Assembly: GCF_020745735.1 (NCBI RefSeq)
Contig: NC_083438.1
Coordinates: forward strand, 38,359,949 to 38,423,948
Reading direction: 5' to 3'
DNA: 64,000 bases
Origin: Hemiscyllium ocellatum
Lineage: Eukaryota
This document shows, in pieces, positions 61,070 to 64,000 of this stretch. Positions within the stretch are counted from its first letter, which is position 1. The number at the start of each line of letters is the position of its first letter. The notes beneath the pieces were generated by a model. That model was not told the DNA's origin. It made no database searches and saw only the letters and a list, made by a program, of their open reading frames with translations. The position numbers were made by a program, and so were the translations under genes.

Positions 61070-62400
61070 AGAGCAGGTCAGAGGCTGGGAATCCTGCAGC
61101 GAGTAACTCCCCTCCTGACCCGCACCCCCAAAGCCTGTCCCACCATCGACAAGGTCCAAGGCAGGAGGGGGAGGGAATACTCCCCACTTGCCCCTGGGTG
61201 GGGGCAGCTCCAACAACACTCAAGAAGATCGACACCATCCAGGGACAAAGCAGCCCCCGGCTGGATTGGCCCCACAGCCACAAACATCCCCTCCCTCCCC
61301 CCACTGACGTTCAGTAACAGCAGTGTGTACCATCCCCTCCCTCCCTCCACTGACGCACAGTAACAGCAGTGTGTACCATCCCCTCCCTCCCCCACCCCCC
61401 CTCAGTAACAGCAGTGTGTACCATCCCCTCCCTCCCTCCACTGACGCACAGTAACAGCAGTATGTACCATCCCCTCCCTCCCCCACCCCCCCTCAGTAAC
61501 AGCAGTGTGTACTATCCCCTCCCTCCCCCACCGACGCTCAGTAACAGCAGTGTGTACAATCTGCTCCCTCCCCCCACCGACGCTCAGTAACAGCAGTGTG
61601 TACCATCCCCTCCCTCCCCCCACACCCCTCAGTAACAGCAGTGTGTACCATCCCCTCCCTCCCCCCACCCCCCTCAGTAACAGCAGTGTGTACCATCCCC
61701 TCCCTCCCCCACTTCCCCTCAGTAACAGCAGTGTGTACCATCCCCTCCCTCCCCCCATCTCCCCTCAGTAACAGCAGTGTGTACCATCCCCTCCCTCCAC
61801 TGACGCTCAGATACAGCAGTGTGTACCATCCCTCCCTCCCCCCACCCCCCCTCAGTAACAGCTGTGTGTACCAACTCCTCCCTCCCCCCACCGACGCTCA
61901 GTAACTGCATTGTGTACCAACCCCTCCCTCCCCCCACCGACGCTCAGTAACAGCAGTGTGTACCATCCCCTCCCTCCCCTCCCCCCACTCAGTAACAGCA
62001 GTGTGTACCATCCCCTACCCCCCCACCCCCCTCAGTAACAGCAGTGTGTACCATCCCCTCCCTCCCCCCACCCCCCTCAGTAACAGCAGTGTGTACCATC
62101 CCCTCCCTCCCCCCACCCCCCCTCATTAACAGCAGTGTGTACCATCCCCTCCCTCCCCCACCCCCCTCAGTAACAGCAGTGTGTACCAGCTACAAGACCC
62201 ACTGCAGAAACTCACCAAAGACCCTCAGGCAGCACCTTCCAAACCCACGGCCCCTTCCATCTGGAAGGACAAGGGGCAGCAGGTACATGGGAACCCCACC
62301 CCCCTGCAAGTTCCCCTCCCCTCACAATCCTGATTTAGGAATATATCAGCCTTCAGTGTCGCTCGGTCAGAATCCTGCAACTCCTACCCTCGCAGCACTG
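61070..62400 (+). mobile_element. Third copy of the CR1/L2-clade element with a C-rich minisatellite (about 61310-62190)
   Basis: Colinear with the copies at 5230 and 40575; about 19 units. Confidence 0.85.
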
Positions 62401-62607
62401 TGGGTGTCACCCCACCACATGGATGGCAGCAGTTCTCGATCACTCGGGGTGTGGAATAAACGGGAATATTGCCAGCCCAGTCTCTGGTCAATGTCAAAAA
62501 TTATCCAATATTCTGCATCAGGATATAGGAAGCGTGGGCTTGGTTTGAAAGCAGAAGGCTGGCAGAAAACATCTCTCAAAGTCGAGTGCTAAAGCTTGCA
62601 AACATAC

Positions 62608-62656
62608 CAGAGATTAGCGTGATGTACGCAGTTATCATCCAAATCATTAATGGCAT
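62608..62656 (-). CDS. Gene B leader (signal peptide) exon
   Basis: gcgggATG start with an in-frame TGA 36 nt upstream. Encodes hydrophobic MPLMIWMITAYITLIS, then G|gtatgt phase-1 donor, compatible with the V exon. Confidence 0.68.
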
Positions 62657-62849
62657 CCCGCACTGAGAATTCCTGTCTGTGGGTCTTTGTCAAACAGAAC
62701 CTGACCCTCCTGACAATAAAGCACTCGTTCCCAAACCAAGCAGACTGCCTCTCTCTGACAAATCATGTATAACCTCTTGTGTTTGCAAAGGAAAGCAGAA
62801 GTGACTTGAAATAGCAAATGATATGGGGAAGAGGTTCCTTAGTATATAA

Positions 62850-63410
62850 ATTGTGCTGGGATTGCAATCTGCTATAGTTCTACTTTGTGCTGGGAATATA
62901 ATCTGCTGCTGTTTACTTTGTGCTGGGATTACAATCTGCTGTTGTTTTACTTTGTGTTGGGATTGCAATCTGCTGTTGTTTACGTTGTGTTGGGATTGCA
63001 ATCTGCTGTTGTTTACGTTGTGCTGGGAATACAATCTGCTGTTGTTTTACGTTGTGCTGGGATTGCAATCTGCTGTTGTTTACGTTGTGCTGGGAATACA
63101 ATCTGCTGTTGTTTTACATTGTGCTGGGATTGCAATCTGCTGTTGGTTACATTGTGCTGGGATTGCAATCTGCTGTTGGTTACGTTGTGCTGGGATTGTA
63201 ATCTGCTGTTGTTTTACTTTCTGCTGGGAATGCGATCTGCTGGTGTTTTACGTTGTGCTGGGAATATAATCTGCTGTTGTTTACGTTGTGCTGGGATTAC
63301 AATCTGCTGTTGTTTACGTCATGCTGGGAATACAATCTGCTGTTGTTTACGTTGTGCTGGGATTGCGATCTGCTGTTTTACGTTGTGCTGGGATTGCGAC
63401 CTGACATCCC
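62850..63410. repeat. 32-33-bp VNTR (about 17 units) immediately upstream of gene B
   Basis: Unit tgtgctgggattgcaatctgctgttgtttacgt. Confidence 0.93.
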
Positions 63411-63539
63411 ATTTTGATCCCATCATCCAGTTGCCAGGATGAATCTAATCACTGAGCAACTGTAATTAAATCCTGATAAATGTGAGTTGATGGTCTCTGG
63501 AGAGTGGTACGGGCGACGTCCGCAATCTTGCGTTCAGTT

Positions 63540-64000
63540 GGGGTCTTGCACCAGTATCAAGACATTGTGAAACTTGAAAAGGTTCAGAAAAGATTTACAA
63601 GGATGTTGCCAGGGTTGGAGGATCTGAGCTACAGGGAGAGGCTGAACAGGCTGGGGCTGTTTTCCCTGGAGCGTCGGAGGCTGAGGGGTGACCTTATAGA
63701 GGTTTATAAAATCATGAGGGGCATGGATAGGGTAAATAGACAAGGTCTCTTCCCCCTGGGGTGGGAGAGTCCAGAACTAGAGGGGCATAGGTTTAGGGTG
63801 AGAGGGGAAAGATATAAAAGGGACCTGAGGGGCAACATTTTCATACAGAGGGTGGCCCGTGTATGGAATGAGCTGCCGGAGGAAGTGGTGGAGGCTGGTA
63901 CAATGACAGCATTTAAGAGGCATGTGTTGGGTATATGAATAGGAAGGGTTTGGAGGGATGCTGATAGGTGGGACTAGATTAGGTGAGATATCCTGACTCC
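63540..64000 (+). mobile_element. CR1/HER1 3' fragment
   Basis: ORF 63504-63938, KLEKVQKRFTRMLPGLEDLSYRERLNRLGLFSLERRRLRGDL. Confidence 0.92.

Noticed and set aside
62853-63442. Cys-rich, keratin-associated-like ORFs
   Set aside because: Products of the 33-bp VNTR, open in several frames at once.

Overview
Repeat-rich eukaryotic genomic DNA with four assembly gaps. The host is almost certainly a cartilaginous fish, inferred from HE1/V-SINE, HER1/CR1 and Penelope-like repeats. Most of the supplied ORF track is repeat-derived noise. Two spliced, convergent (tail-to-tail) nectin/PVR-family Ig-superfamily genes can be built by hand from canonical, phase-compatible GT-AG exons. Gene A (+ strand, 6250-15574, leader exon not found) encodes one IgV domain of the CD226/CD96/TIGIT type, a transmembrane (TM) helix and a tail with two ITIMs (IVYTSV, IVYSVL). 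Gene B (- strand, 62656 to about 31437, about 402 aa) encodes a leader, a V-C2-C2 nectin-like ectodomain, an uncharged TM helix and a tail with a YINV (YxN/ITT-like) motif plus a canonical ITAM (YTSL-x7-YNEI) assembled from tiny exons. Neither the ITAM nor the ITIMs appear in the ORF track. The best candidate for an undescribed system is this adjacent activating/inhibitory nectin-family pair. The rest is transposon-derived: CR1 LINEs, V-SINEs with a recurrently expanded 53-bp internal minisatellite, Penelope-like elements with minimal hammerhead ribozyme cores and inverted terminal arms, Tx1 and Rex1/Babar fragments, a TA-flanked MITE, a 5.3-kb AT-rich satellite between the two 3' ends, and a 33-bp VNTR upstream of gene B. 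Exon coordinates were counted by hand, repeat boundaries are approximate, and family comparisons are from memory, not database searches.
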